From: Nitrospiraceae bacterium | Lineage (GTDB): Bacteria; Nitrospirota; Nitrospiria; Nitrospirales; Nitrospiraceae | Reading direction: 5' to 3' | Length of the DNA stretch: 64,000 bases | Assembly (NCBI GenBank): GCA_050246315.1 | Contig: JBFWWG010000005.1 | Location: forward strand, 64,001 to 128,000 | Shown here: positions 8,667 to 17,699 of the stretch, in pieces | Numbering within the stretch: position 1 is the first letter of the stretch | Layout: each line of letters opens with the position of its first letter | The notes under the pieces: model-generated | The model's input: the letters and a program-made list of their open reading frames with translations, nothing else | Told to the model about the DNA's origin: nothing | The model's database searches: none | Program-made: the position numbers and the translations under genes

Positions 8667-10280
8667 ATGCAATTGACAAGACGTGCTATGAGGCCCAGTA
8701 TGCAGACCTTACTGATGAATACTCCCGAAACCAACCAGGAGCGAGTCACTGTTCAACCGATGGATGAGCATAACATCGCGTTGGTCAACAACGTGCATCC
8801 GTCGGACTGGGTCAACCCGCAGCCTGAGGGGAAGTACAACGTCGTCGTCATCGGCGCCGGCACCGCCGGGCTCGTGACCGCGGTGATTGCCGCCGGGGTC
8901 GGGGCCAAGGTGGCCTTGATCGAACGGCACCTGATGGGCGGAGACTGTTTGAACGTGGGATGTGTGCCCTCCAAGGGAATCATCCGTGCCGCAACGGCCT
9001 GGACCGACGTGAAGCGTGCCGAGGAATTCGGCCTGCATATACCCCCCGGCATCAAGTACGACTTCGGCGCGGCAATGGCGCGAATGCGCAAGTTGCGGGC
9101 CAGAATCAGCCGCACGGACTCCGCCCATCGCTACAAGAGTCTGGGCGTGGATGTGTATGTCGGGGACGCTAAGTTTCTGGGAGCGGACCGTATTGCAGTC
9201 ACTGGACGGGCGGGAAATCGGACCGTGCAGTTCGTCAAGGCGGCGATCTGCACTGGCGCCAGGGCTTCCGACCCTCCGGTTCCCGGGTTGCGCGAGGCCG
9301 GGTACTTGACGAATGAAACCGTGTTTACGTTGACGGAGCTGCCCTCGCGGCTGGGCGTGATCGGGGCCGGTCCGATCGGGTGCGAGCTGGCGCAGGCCTT
9401 CGCGCGGTTCGGCAGCCAGGTCTATCTGGTCGAAGCGATGCACGGCATCATGCCCAATGAAGACCGGGATGCCGCGGAGATCGTGCTCAAGTCCATGCAG
9501 CGCGACGGGGTCACATTGCTCTGCTGCGGGAAGGATCTCAAGGTGGGCAAGACCGGTGCGGGGAAGCGTTTGATGGTGGATTCGCACGGACAGCAGTACA
9601 TTGTGACGGTGGATGAAATCCTGGTCGGCGTGGGCCGAACGCCGAACGTCGAGGGGCTTGGCCTCGAAGCGGTCGGGGTCGAGTACGACAAGGCCGGCGT
9701 CAAGGTGAACGACCGCCTCCAGACGACCAACCCGCGCATCTATGCCGCAGGCGACATCTGTTCGCGGTACAAGTTCACCCATGCGGCTGATGCCATGGCT
9801 CAGATCGTGATCCAGAATGCGCTGTTTCCCCATCCGTTCGGGATGGGCTATGCGAGCGTGGATTCGCTCACCATGCCCTGGTGTACCTTTACTGAGCCGG
9901 AGGTGGCGCACGTCGGGCTCTATGAGGAAGAGGCGAAGAAGAAGGGCATCGAGATCGAAACCTATACCTACAAATTGGACGAGGTGGACCGGGCGATTCT
10001 TGATGGTGAGGATGAAGGATTCGCGCGTGTGCACATTCAGAAAGGCTCGGATAAGATCCTGGGCGCGACGATCGTGGCGGCCCACGCCGGAGACATGATC
10101 GGCGAGTTTTCAGTGCTCATGAAAGCCGGTGCCGGTGCCAAGACCCTGGCCTCGACCATCCATCCCTATCCGACCCAGGCCGAGGTCAACAAGAAGGCGG
10201 TGAATCTGTGGCGCAAGGCCCACTTCACGCCTCGGACCAAGGCCCTGCTCATGAAGCTGTTTGCTTGGATGCGGCGGTAG
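8667..10280 (+). CDS. FAD-dependent pyridine nucleotide-disulfide oxidoreductase (mercuric-reductase-like)
   Basis: GAGTAG, GGDCLNVGCVPSK, GAGPIG, IHPYPT; no C-terminal CC pair of true MerA; start uncertain. Confidence 0.88.
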   Translation: MQLTRRAMRPSMQTLLMNTPETNQERVTVQPMDEHNIALVNNVHPSDWVNPQPEGKYNVVVIGAGTAGLVTAVIAAGVGAKVALIERHLMGGDCLNVGCVPSKGIIRAATAWTDVKRAEEFGLHIPPGIKYDFGAAMARMRKLRARISRTDSAHRYKSLGVDVYVGDAKFLGADRIAVTGRAGNRTVQFVKAAICTGARASDPPVPGLREAGYLTNETVFTLTELPSRLGVIGAGPIGCELAQAFARFGSQVYLVEAMHGIMPNEDRDAAEIVLKSMQRDGVTLLCCGKDLKVGKTGAGKRLMVDSHGQQYIVTVDEILVGVGRTPNVEGLGLEAVGVEYDKAGVKVNDRLQTTNPRIYAAGDICSRYKFTHAADAMAQIVIQNALFPHPFGMGYASVDSLTMPWCTFTEPEVAHVGLYEEEAKKKGIEIETYTYKLDEVDRAILDGEDEGFARVHIQKGSDKILGATIVAAHAGDMIGEFSVLMKAGAGAKTLASTIHPYPTQAEVNKKAVNLWRKAHFTPRTKALLMKLFAWMRR

Positions 10281-10290
10281 CGAGGCTGGC

Positions 10291-11040
10291 ATGAGCGTGA
10301 GGTGGCCCATTGTTTCTGCCGCCCTGCTCAGCCTTGCAGCGACGGTCTCAGCTCAGTCTCCGGCCATGCTGGAGGTCGGCCTGTTTTCGCGGGCTGCTTC
10401 AAGTGATGGGCTGCCTGCCGGATGGAAACCCCTCACGTTTAAGAATGTCCCCAAGCCCACTCGATATCAATTGGTGAAGGACGGCGAGACCCTCGTGGTT
10501 AAGGCTGTCTCGGAGGCCGCGGCCAGCGGCCTGATCAGGGAAATCAAGATCGATCCAAAGGAGTATCCGATCGTGCAGTGGCGCTGGAAGGTGGCCAACG
10601 TGCTGAAAAAGGGCGACGTGACGAAGAAAAGCGGCGACGACTATCCGGCGCGCCTATACATCACGTTTGAATATGATCCGGAGCGGGCCGGTCTTTTTGA
10701 GAAGGCGAAGTTTCAGGCAGCGAAGGCCATCTTCGGTCCCGATGTGCCGTTTCGCGCGCTGAACTATATCTGGGAAAGCAAAGCGGCGAAGGGCAGCATC
10801 ATCCCCAATCCCTACACTGACTGGACGATGATGGTCGTCGTGGAAAGCGGGACGGCCGGTCTCAATGAATGGATCACCGAAGAGCGGAATCTCGCCGAGG
10901 ATTTCAAGAAGGCCTTCAACGAGCCTCCCTTGATGGTCTCGGGCGTGGCCATCATGACCGATACGGACAATACCCAAGAGCAGGCCACGGCCTACTACGG
11001 CGACATCACCTTCAAAAAAGCGCCGTCAGGCTCTCCGTAA
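10291..11040 (+). CDS. DUF3047 secreted protein
   Basis: Signal peptide; KSGDDYPARLY, ALNYIW, AIMTDTDNT. Confidence 0.85.
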   Translation: MSVRWPIVSAALLSLAATVSAQSPAMLEVGLFSRAASSDGLPAGWKPLTFKNVPKPTRYQLVKDGETLVVKAVSEAAASGLIREIKIDPKEYPIVQWRWKVANVLKKGDVTKKSGDDYPARLYITFEYDPERAGLFEKAKFQAAKAIFGPDVPFRALNYIWESKAAKGSIIPNPYTDWTMMVVVESGTAGLNEWITEERNLAEDFKKAFNEPPLMVSGVAIMTDTDNTQEQATAYYGDITFKKAPSGSP

Positions 11041-11098
11041 GAAGTCTCCGCGCGATCAGACCAATCGATGAAACGGTGGTCTTCATGGGGGAGGGTGC

Positions 11099-12313
11099 GT
11101 GTCTCGTCGATCGGCCAGCATCGTGCTGCTCTGTTGGGGGATGGCGGTCCTGCCGGGCTGCCTCTCGCCCATCGCCATGCACAGGGCGGTGATCGAGTAC
11201 GATCGCACGGTCAGTTACGTCGAAGCGGATTTGCTGTTGTTGAACATCGCCAGGGCTCGTTATCATCGACCAGTACATTTCACTGCGGTATCGAGCGTGG
11301 CGGCCACGTTCGACTTCCGCACCAACGCGGGGATCAGCGGCGGATTCGGCCCTGCTCCGGAAGCTGCAGAGCGGGCGATCAATCTCGAATACAGCTCGAG
11401 TGTCGCTGAGAACCCCACGATCACGATCGTGCCGATCACCGGCGAAGAATTCACCAAACGCGTGTTGCGACCGCTCGACGAGGACAAGTTCGAATTTCTC
11501 GTCCATCAGGGGTACGACATCAACATGGTGCTGCGGCTCATGGCTCGCGGCATCGCGGTGGAGACCGAAGAAGGCTCACGTGTGTTGTTCAACCAACCCT
11601 CGCAGGGGGAAGGGTACGTCGAATTTCGGCGTCGTCTCTTGCATTTGGCCGGACTGGACGCAGAGCGAAAGCTGTTCGTTGAACCGATCCTCTTTGAAGA
11701 GTCGCAGACCGTCAGAACGAACCGTCCGCCGAATCCCGACGAAGTCGTCGGCGCGCTGGAAAAAGGGTTTCGCTGGGAGGGCGACCAAGATGGGAAGATC
11801 CACACGGTGCGCCGCAAGGCGGTCGGCAGGTTGCTCATCGCCAACTACGATACCAAGCGGCTGTCCAACGAGGAACGGCGCAGGCTGCACGAAGAAGCCC
11901 AACGATACCCGCCGGACTATATGATGGTGGACATCCGGCAAGGCTTTCCGGGAGGCGACTATCCATTGCACGGATCGATTTTGCTCCGCAGCATGAATGC
12001 GATCATCGGGTTCGTGGCTCGCAGCATCGAGGAGGAGCCGGAAATGATGGTGCCGCCCGACTCGCGCACCAGAACGGTCGTGCGCAATCCGGCCAGAACA
12101 CTCGAAATCGATGAATCCACGTCGAAGCCAGGCGATTACGAGTTCTCCGTGTCCTTTGACGGACGCTACTACTCGATTCGCAAATTCCCCGTCAGCGAAG
12201 GGATGTCGCCGAGTTGGAATCAGGAGGCCTTTGCGGTACTGTCCAATCTATTTCAAATGACGGTGACGGATTTGACCCGCTATCCGACCCCAGCCATCGC
12301 GATCGCGAAATAG
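11099..12313 (+). CDS. Hypothetical lipoprotein
   Basis: Lipobox-like LPGC; 404-aa ORF in operon orientation. Confidence 0.7.
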   Translation: MSRRSASIVLLCWGMAVLPGCLSPIAMHRAVIEYDRTVSYVEADLLLLNIARARYHRPVHFTAVSSVAATFDFRTNAGISGGFGPAPEAAERAINLEYSSSVAENPTITIVPITGEEFTKRVLRPLDEDKFEFLVHQGYDINMVLRLMARGIAVETEEGSRVLFNQPSQGEGYVEFRRRLLHLAGLDAERKLFVEPILFEESQTVRTNRPPNPDEVVGALEKGFRWEGDQDGKIHTVRRKAVGRLLIANYDTKRLSNEERRRLHEEAQRYPPDYMMVDIRQGFPGGDYPLHGSILLRSMNAIIGFVARSIEEEPEMMVPPDSRTRTVVRNPARTLEIDESTSKPGDYEFSVSFDGRYYSIRKFPVSEGMSPSWNQEAFAVLSNLFQMTVTDLTRYPTPAIAIAK

Positions 12314-12400
12314 CACATGCTTCTACAAAAGCAAGCCGGGCGGTGCATCCTCAGGCAACCTGAGGGCTGAAATTCGTCAGGAGGGAGACCGAAACTGCCC

Positions 12401-13774
12401 ATGGGAAGCGCGCTCGTATACGACCGGTTGCAATTCGCCTTTACGGCGACGTTTCACTATTTGTTTCCCCAGCTCACGATGGGGCTGGCGCTGTTGCTTG
12501 TGTACTTCAGGACCAAGGCCGTGCAGAGCGGCGCATCGCACGATCGTGCGGTCGCTCGGTTCTGGACCAAAATCTTCGCCTTGAGCTTTGCCTTCGGGGT
12601 TGTGACCGGCATCCCGCTCGAATTTCAGTTCGGCACGAACTGGGCGAGATTCTCCACCTATGCCGGCGGAGTGATCGGTCAAACCTTAGCCATGGAAGGC
12701 CTGTTCGCCTTCTTCCTGGAATCGTCGTTTCTCGGGGTCCTCCTGTTCGGAGAAGGCCGATTCAGCGAGCGGCTCCAGTGGCTGGCGGCCCTATTGCTGT
12801 TCATCGGGTCGTGGCTCTCGGGGTTCTTCATTCTCGCGACCAATTCCTGGATGCAGCATCCGGTGGCCTACACCACCGGGGTCGACGGCCGCGTGCATGT
12901 GGAGAGCCTCCTGGGCCTCCTGACGAATCCATGGCTGCTCTGGCAGTACACGCACAACATGACGGCGGCGGTTGTGACGGCGTCCCTGGCGATGGCCGCC
13001 GTCGGTGCGTTTTATCTGTTGTCCGGTCGCGAGATCGCCTATGGGCGGACGTTCGTGAAGACGGGCGTGGTCGCCGGGGCCATCGCCTCCTGCCTCATGG
13101 TCTTTCCGACCGGTCACGGTAATGCCAAGCAGGTGTTCGAACACCAACCGGTGAAGGGCGCTGCGATGGAGGGCCTGTTCCGAACCGAGCGGGGCGCCGG
13201 TCTGTTGCTGGTCGGACAGCCGAATATGGAAGCGATGACCATCGACAACCCGCTGGAAATCCCAAGTGGGCTCAGCTTTCTGGTTTATGACGAACTCTAT
13301 GCGCAGGTAAAGGGGCTCGATGCCTTCCCTCGCGAGGTCTGGCCCGACAATATTCCGTTGCTCTATTACTCATACCACGTGATGGTCGGACTCGGGACGA
13401 TCTTCATCGCGGTCATGGGAGGATCGCTGCTGATGCTTTGGCGGGGAGCGCTCTACGAGGCGCGATGGTTGTTGTGGAGCATGATGCTCCTCGCGCCGTT
13501 TCCCTGGATTGCGACTACCGCCGGGTGGATGACGGCTGAGCTTGGACGACAGCCTTGGCTCGTCTACGGCTTGATGCGAACCGCCGACGGATCGTCGCCG
13601 TTGGTGCACTCAGGCAATGCGCTCTTCACGCTGCTAGGATTCATGGGGCTCTACCTGCTTCTCGGCCTCTTGTTCGCCTTCCTGTTCCTCGAAACCATCT
13701 GGCATGGGCCTGGTCATCAGGCGCCGCAACAGGAGCCGGTGCGATCGCCCACTCCCCAGGGTAGCGGGACATAA
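12401..13774 (+). CDS. cydA: Cytochrome bd ubiquinol oxidase subunit I
   Basis: RLQFAFTATFHYLF, GVVTG..EFQFGTNW, QPVKGAAMEG, ELGRQPW. Confidence 0.95.
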   Translation: MGSALVYDRLQFAFTATFHYLFPQLTMGLALLLVYFRTKAVQSGASHDRAVARFWTKIFALSFAFGVVTGIPLEFQFGTNWARFSTYAGGVIGQTLAMEGLFAFFLESSFLGVLLFGEGRFSERLQWLAALLLFIGSWLSGFFILATNSWMQHPVAYTTGVDGRVHVESLLGLLTNPWLLWQYTHNMTAAVVTASLAMAAVGAFYLLSGREIAYGRTFVKTGVVAGAIASCLMVFPTGHGNAKQVFEHQPVKGAAMEGLFRTERGAGLLLVGQPNMEAMTIDNPLEIPSGLSFLVYDELYAQVKGLDAFPREVWPDNIPLLYYSYHVMVGLGTIFIAVMGGSLLMLWRGALYEARWLLWSMMLLAPFPWIATTAGWMTAELGRQPWLVYGLMRTADGSSPLVHSGNALFTLLGFMGLYLLLGLLFAFLFLETIWHGPGHQAPQQEPVRSPTPQGSGT

Positions 13775-13776
13775 AC

Positions 13777-14841
13777 ATGGAAACATTATGGTTTGTCCTG
13801 TTGGCGTTCATGCTGACCGTCTACGTCGTCCTTGACGGGTTCGACTTCGGGACGGGCATCGTCTACCTGTTGGTCGCAAAGGAAGAAGCAGAACGAAGGG
13901 CGATCCTCGCAGCCATCGGTCCGGTGTGGAACGGGAACGAGGTCTGGCTGATCGCGTCGGGAGGGCTGATGTTTTTCGCCTTCCCTCGCGCCTATGCCGC
14001 GGGTTTCAGCGGCTTCTATCTGGCGCTGATCATCGTCCTATGGTTGTTCATTCTGCGAGGATTGTCGCTTGAACTCCGCTCACACTTCGACCAACCCCTC
14101 TGGACCGGCTTCTGGGACGCCGGCTTCGCCGTGGCCAGCCTGTTGCTGGCGATCGTGTTCGGTGCAGCCTTGGGCAACCTCATCCGGGGTGTTCCGCTCA
14201 ATGCCGAGGGATACTTCTTTACGCCTTTCTGGACGGATTTTCTCCCTGGGCCGGAGCCCGGCATCCTGGACTGGTTTACCGTGCTCATGGCGCTGACCAC
14301 GACGTCGATTCTCACCCTCCATGGGGCGAACTATGTCGTGATGAAAACCAGCGGAGACACAGCCCGCCGGGCAGCGAGCCTGGCCGGGGTGGCCGGGCGG
14401 TTGGTCGTCGTCCAGACGCTTGTCGCATTGATCGCGGTGCCGTTCGTGCAGCCGACCATCCATGACAACTATGACGCCCACCCCCTCGGCTGGATCTTTC
14501 CACTCCTCGCCGTCGGCAGCCTCATCCTGGTGATCTGGTCTTCTCGTCACGGGCATGAGGTCGCCGCCTTCGGCGGGTCATCGTTGTTGATCGTTGGCCT
14601 CCTTGCCGCGACCGCCTGGGGCCTCTATCCTAATTTGCTGGTGACGACCGGTGGGGATTCGGGGAACAGTATGACGATCCACAATGCCGCCGCGTCGCCC
14701 CATGGCTTGGCCATCGGGATCTGGTGGTTTTGCCTGGGGATCGCCCTGGTCGCACTGTATTCGGTATCCGTCCATCGTCTGTTCTGGGGGAAAGTCTCGG
14801 AGCAGGCTCGCCGGGAGTTCGCAGGGGACGGCAACGTATGA
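13777..14841 (+). CDS. cydB: Cytochrome bd ubiquinol oxidase subunit II
   Basis: VLDGFDFG, GPVWNGNEVWL; directly follows cydA. Confidence 0.95.
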   Translation: METLWFVLLAFMLTVYVVLDGFDFGTGIVYLLVAKEEAERRAILAAIGPVWNGNEVWLIASGGLMFFAFPRAYAAGFSGFYLALIIVLWLFILRGLSLELRSHFDQPLWTGFWDAGFAVASLLLAIVFGAALGNLIRGVPLNAEGYFFTPFWTDFLPGPEPGILDWFTVLMALTTTSILTLHGANYVVMKTSGDTARRAASLAGVAGRLVVVQTLVALIAVPFVQPTIHDNYDAHPLGWIFPLLAVGSLILVIWSSRHGHEVAAFGGSSLLIVGLLAATAWGLYPNLLVTTGGDSGNSMTIHNAAASPHGLAIGIWWFCLGIALVALYSVSVHRLFWGKVSEQARREFAGDGNV

Positions 14842-14863
14842 ATCCCTCTCTATAGTCGAAACG

Positions 14864-14896
14864 CGAAGGGCCGGCCTGTGTGTGGCCGGCCCTTCG
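14864..14896. terminator. GC-rich hairpin between convergent genes
   Basis: cgaagggccggcc-tgtgtgt-ggccggcccttcg, 13-bp stem; no clear U-tract. Confidence 0.6.
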
Positions 14897-14925
14897 ACTC
14901 TAACGGGCGGAGCGTGGAGGGGAGG

Positions 14926-15231
14926 TTATTGAATCGAGTTCGCGTGATGGCCTGCAGTGATCTCGGCCCGGATCGAGTCGCCCGGCTTCTTGGAGCCTTT
15001 GAGGTGCTTGGTGTCCTTACTGACCAACATCTGAACCTCGTTGCCCTCATAGTCCTCAACGACGTAGAGATTGCCCTCGACCTTCGTGAGTTTCCCTTGA
15101 ACCGTGCGATGGGCCTTCCCCGGCTTACTGTCGAATTTCCGCTGGTTCTTCTTTTCGGCCGCTTCGGCATGAAGAGCCAGGGTGAACCCCGCGACCAGTA
15201 CCACCGCGATCATGGATTTCGTGAGCCGCAT
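14926..15231 (-). CDS. Small secreted hypothetical protein
   Basis: Signal peptide MRLTKSMIAVVLVAGFTLALHAEA; RBS aaggagg upstream. Confidence 0.7.
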   Translation of the reverse strand: MRLTKSMIAVVLVAGFTLALHAEAAEKKNQRKFDSKPGKAHRTVQGKLTKVEGNLYVVEDYEGNEVQMLVSKDTKHLKGSKKPGDSIRAEITAGHHANSIQ

Positions 15232-15489
15232 TGCCTTACCTCCTTCTCTTGGCGTCCGCAGCCAATCTGTCAATCGCCGCGGGAATCAGGATTTCCATAG
15301 CAGTGGCGCGACTTCGCAAGGCCTATGCCGGTAGGAGATACAACGCGTTCAAGCTGTTTCAGCCGCATTATCAGGAGGTTAGCCTGGAAGCTCTATTGGA
15401 GGAGAGACCGGCAGACGAAAGCGAAGGGAAAAAATGGACCTGTCCGTCCAAATGTGATCGGGTCGTTGAAACCGGAGTCTCGGTAGTGT

Positions 15490-16335
15490 ATGTCGGAACC
15501 CTTGCAGAAATCTGACGGGCGTGGCGAGATGACCTGGTTTGGAATCATGACGGTGATCCTGCTCGGGTTTGCCGGCGGCTGCTCCACGGTGCCCGCCACG
15601 TTTCACCCCAATCCGGCCATTCCGCCGCGCGCCTTCTCGCATCACCTCTGGGACGAGGTATTGAAGGCCCATGTGGCGGATGGGCAGGTGGATTATCAGG
15701 GAGTGGCCAAGGACAAACGGTTTGCGGAGTACCTGGCCACCCTCAACCAGATCGATCCAAATGAGCTGCCGACGCGAGCCGACCGGCTCGCGTTTTGGAT
15801 CAATGCCTATAACGCCTTTGCCGTTAAGGGTATCATCGACGGCTATTCACCCCGTTCCCTCTGGAGGCGTTACCGATTTTTCATCGCGCGTGATTATCGT
15901 GTCGGTGGGGAGACGATCAATCTCTACGATCTCGAGCGGTCGTTGCTGGTTCCCGGTTTCAAGGAGCCGCGCATTCATTTTGCGATCGTCTGCGCGTCGG
16001 CCTCCTGTCCCAAGCTGCGCTCGTCAGCTTACCTCGGAGAAGAACTCGACCGACAATTGGATGAAGCCGCCAGAGCTTTCATCAACGATCCCTCCAAGAA
16101 CCGGTTCGACCGGGAGAATCATGTCGCGCAGCTCTCCATGATCTTCAATTGGTTTACCGATGACTTCGTTGCCCACTCCGGTTCGGTGATGCAGTACGTC
16201 ATGCACTATGTGAACGATTCGACGCTGATCCATGAGCTCGGACAGTCCCCCTACACCATCGAATTCCTCGACTACGACTGGAGCCTGAACGGAACGCCGC
16301 CACGGAGCGTCGACGATGATCGTTCTGCCGGATGA
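15490..16335 (+). CDS. DUF547 lipoprotein
   Basis: LAFWINAYNA, EPRIHFAIVCASASCP, YDWSLN. Confidence 0.88.
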   Translation: MSEPLQKSDGRGEMTWFGIMTVILLGFAGGCSTVPATFHPNPAIPPRAFSHHLWDEVLKAHVADGQVDYQGVAKDKRFAEYLATLNQIDPNELPTRADRLAFWINAYNAFAVKGIIDGYSPRSLWRRYRFFIARDYRVGGETINLYDLERSLLVPGFKEPRIHFAIVCASASCPKLRSSAYLGEELDRQLDEAARAFINDPSKNRFDRENHVAQLSMIFNWFTDDFVAHSGSVMQYVMHYVNDSTLIHELGQSPYTIEFLDYDWSLNGTPPRSVDDDRSAG

Positions 16336-16951
16336 ACGTGAACCTGTTGCGCAGTTGCTGGGATTTCTCGAATACGGTGAACGGATAGCGCAGGCGTGTG
16401 CGACGGCGCAGGCCGCGCTTGTGACGGATCCCGACCATCGCCGGTTCTTACTCGGGCAAGCCAGACAGGAGGCGGTTCATGCGACTGTCCTTCGTGGCGC
16501 GATCGCTTGGTTGGCCCCGAGGCGGCTTGGCGCAACGCCGCTCTTATCGCCCCTAGAGAGCTATCGAGAATTACTGGAGGATGCGATCAACCGACGCGAT
16601 CTGCATGAAACGTTGATGGCGGAACAGCTCATCCTCGAAGGGTTGGGAGAGGCCATCTTGAGCCGGATCGAAGCCGGCCTGGTGAAGCGCGGCGCTCCCT
16701 TCGGGCGATTGAGGCGAATCCTGTTGCATCAAGAGGAAGCGCACCATGCGTTCGGGAGACGATTGCTCGATCGCGCAAGAGCGGAAGGGACGTTCCAACC
16801 CGATCGGTTCTGCGGCCGGGGCGAGGAGTACCTCGGCCTGGCGCATGACATGGTGTTGACACTCGCCTCGATATTTTCAACGATCGACGAGGACGCCTCG
16901 GCCTGGGCTGCCGATGTCCGACACTATGTGCCGGATTGGTGCTTTGGATGA
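16316..16951 (+). CDS. Ferritin-like di-iron protein
   Basis: E-x-G-E, QEAVH, ILEG, QEEAHH motifs. Confidence 0.7.
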   Translation: MIVLPDEREPVAQLLGFLEYGERIAQACATAQAALVTDPDHRRFLLGQARQEAVHATVLRGAIAWLAPRRLGATPLLSPLESYRELLEDAINRRDLHETLMAEQLILEGLGEAILSRIEAGLVKRGAPFGRLRRILLHQEEAHHAFGRRLLDRARAEGTFQPDRFCGRGEEYLGLAHDMVLTLASIFSTIDEDASAWAADVRHYVPDWCFG

Positions 16952-17625
16952 TCTCCGTCGTGATGCCGGTCTATCAGGAGGAACGGGCGCTCCCCGCGAC
17001 CCTGCGTTCGCTGCTTGGCCAAGAGGGTGACTATGAAGTCCTGGTCGTGGACGGTGGTAGCACGGATCGGACCTGCGAGTTGGTGTGTGCCGAACCCCGA
17101 GCGCGGCTTCTTAGGGCGGCCAAAGGCCGGGCGTCCCAAATGAACGAGGGGGCTGTGCATGCACGGGGGGAGTGGCTGTTATTCCTCCACGCCGATACCG
17201 TGCTACCGCCGGGGGCGCTTAGGCGCCTGAACGACATGGAAGCCGACTCGTCTGTGCAGGCCGGCGGGTTCTTCCACCGGTTCTCGGGTGACGATTGGCG
17301 CCTGCGTCTGATTTCGTTCCTGGACAATGTTCGCTGCGGCCGGAGCAAGATCATCTATGGAGATCAGGCCCTCTTTGTCCGGCGGTCTCTGTTCGAACGG
17401 CTCGGAGGATTCCCGCTACGGCCGATTCTCGAAGATGTCGCTTTCTGCGAACGCCTTCTCAGGGTGACGAATCCCGTCCTTCTCTCTTCGCCCGTCGTGA
17501 CCGATGCGAGAAAATTCGTGCGGATGGGCATCTGGCGAAGCTTTTTCCGGGTGCTGCTGATTATCCTTCACGTGGAATTCCGCCTGCCGGTCTTGCCGCG
17601 CGCGTTTTTTCAGGACATTCGCTGA
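16948..17625 (+). CDS. Family-2 glycosyltransferase (TIGR04283-like)
   Basis: VVDGGSTD, GRASQMN, LFLHAD, YGDQALF, ILED. Confidence 0.88.
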   Translation: MISVVMPVYQEERALPATLRSLLGQEGDYEVLVVDGGSTDRTCELVCAEPRARLLRAAKGRASQMNEGAVHARGEWLLFLHADTVLPPGALRRLNDMEADSSVQAGGFFHRFSGDDWRLRLISFLDNVRCGRSKIIYGDQALFVRRSLFERLGGFPLRPILEDVAFCERLLRVTNPVLLSSPVVTDARKFVRMGIWRSFFRVLLIILHVEFRLPVLPRAFFQDIR

Positions 17626-17699
17626 CCCGTTCCGGCTCTCCGTCGCCTCAGCCCGTGGCCCCCGTACCTCGTTTCCCAGAATATTGCTAGAATGCCCGC

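Noticed and set aside
8667..10280. True merA mercury-resistance gene
   Set aside because: No C-terminal Cys-Cys pair, no N-terminal metal-binding domain and no mer operon.
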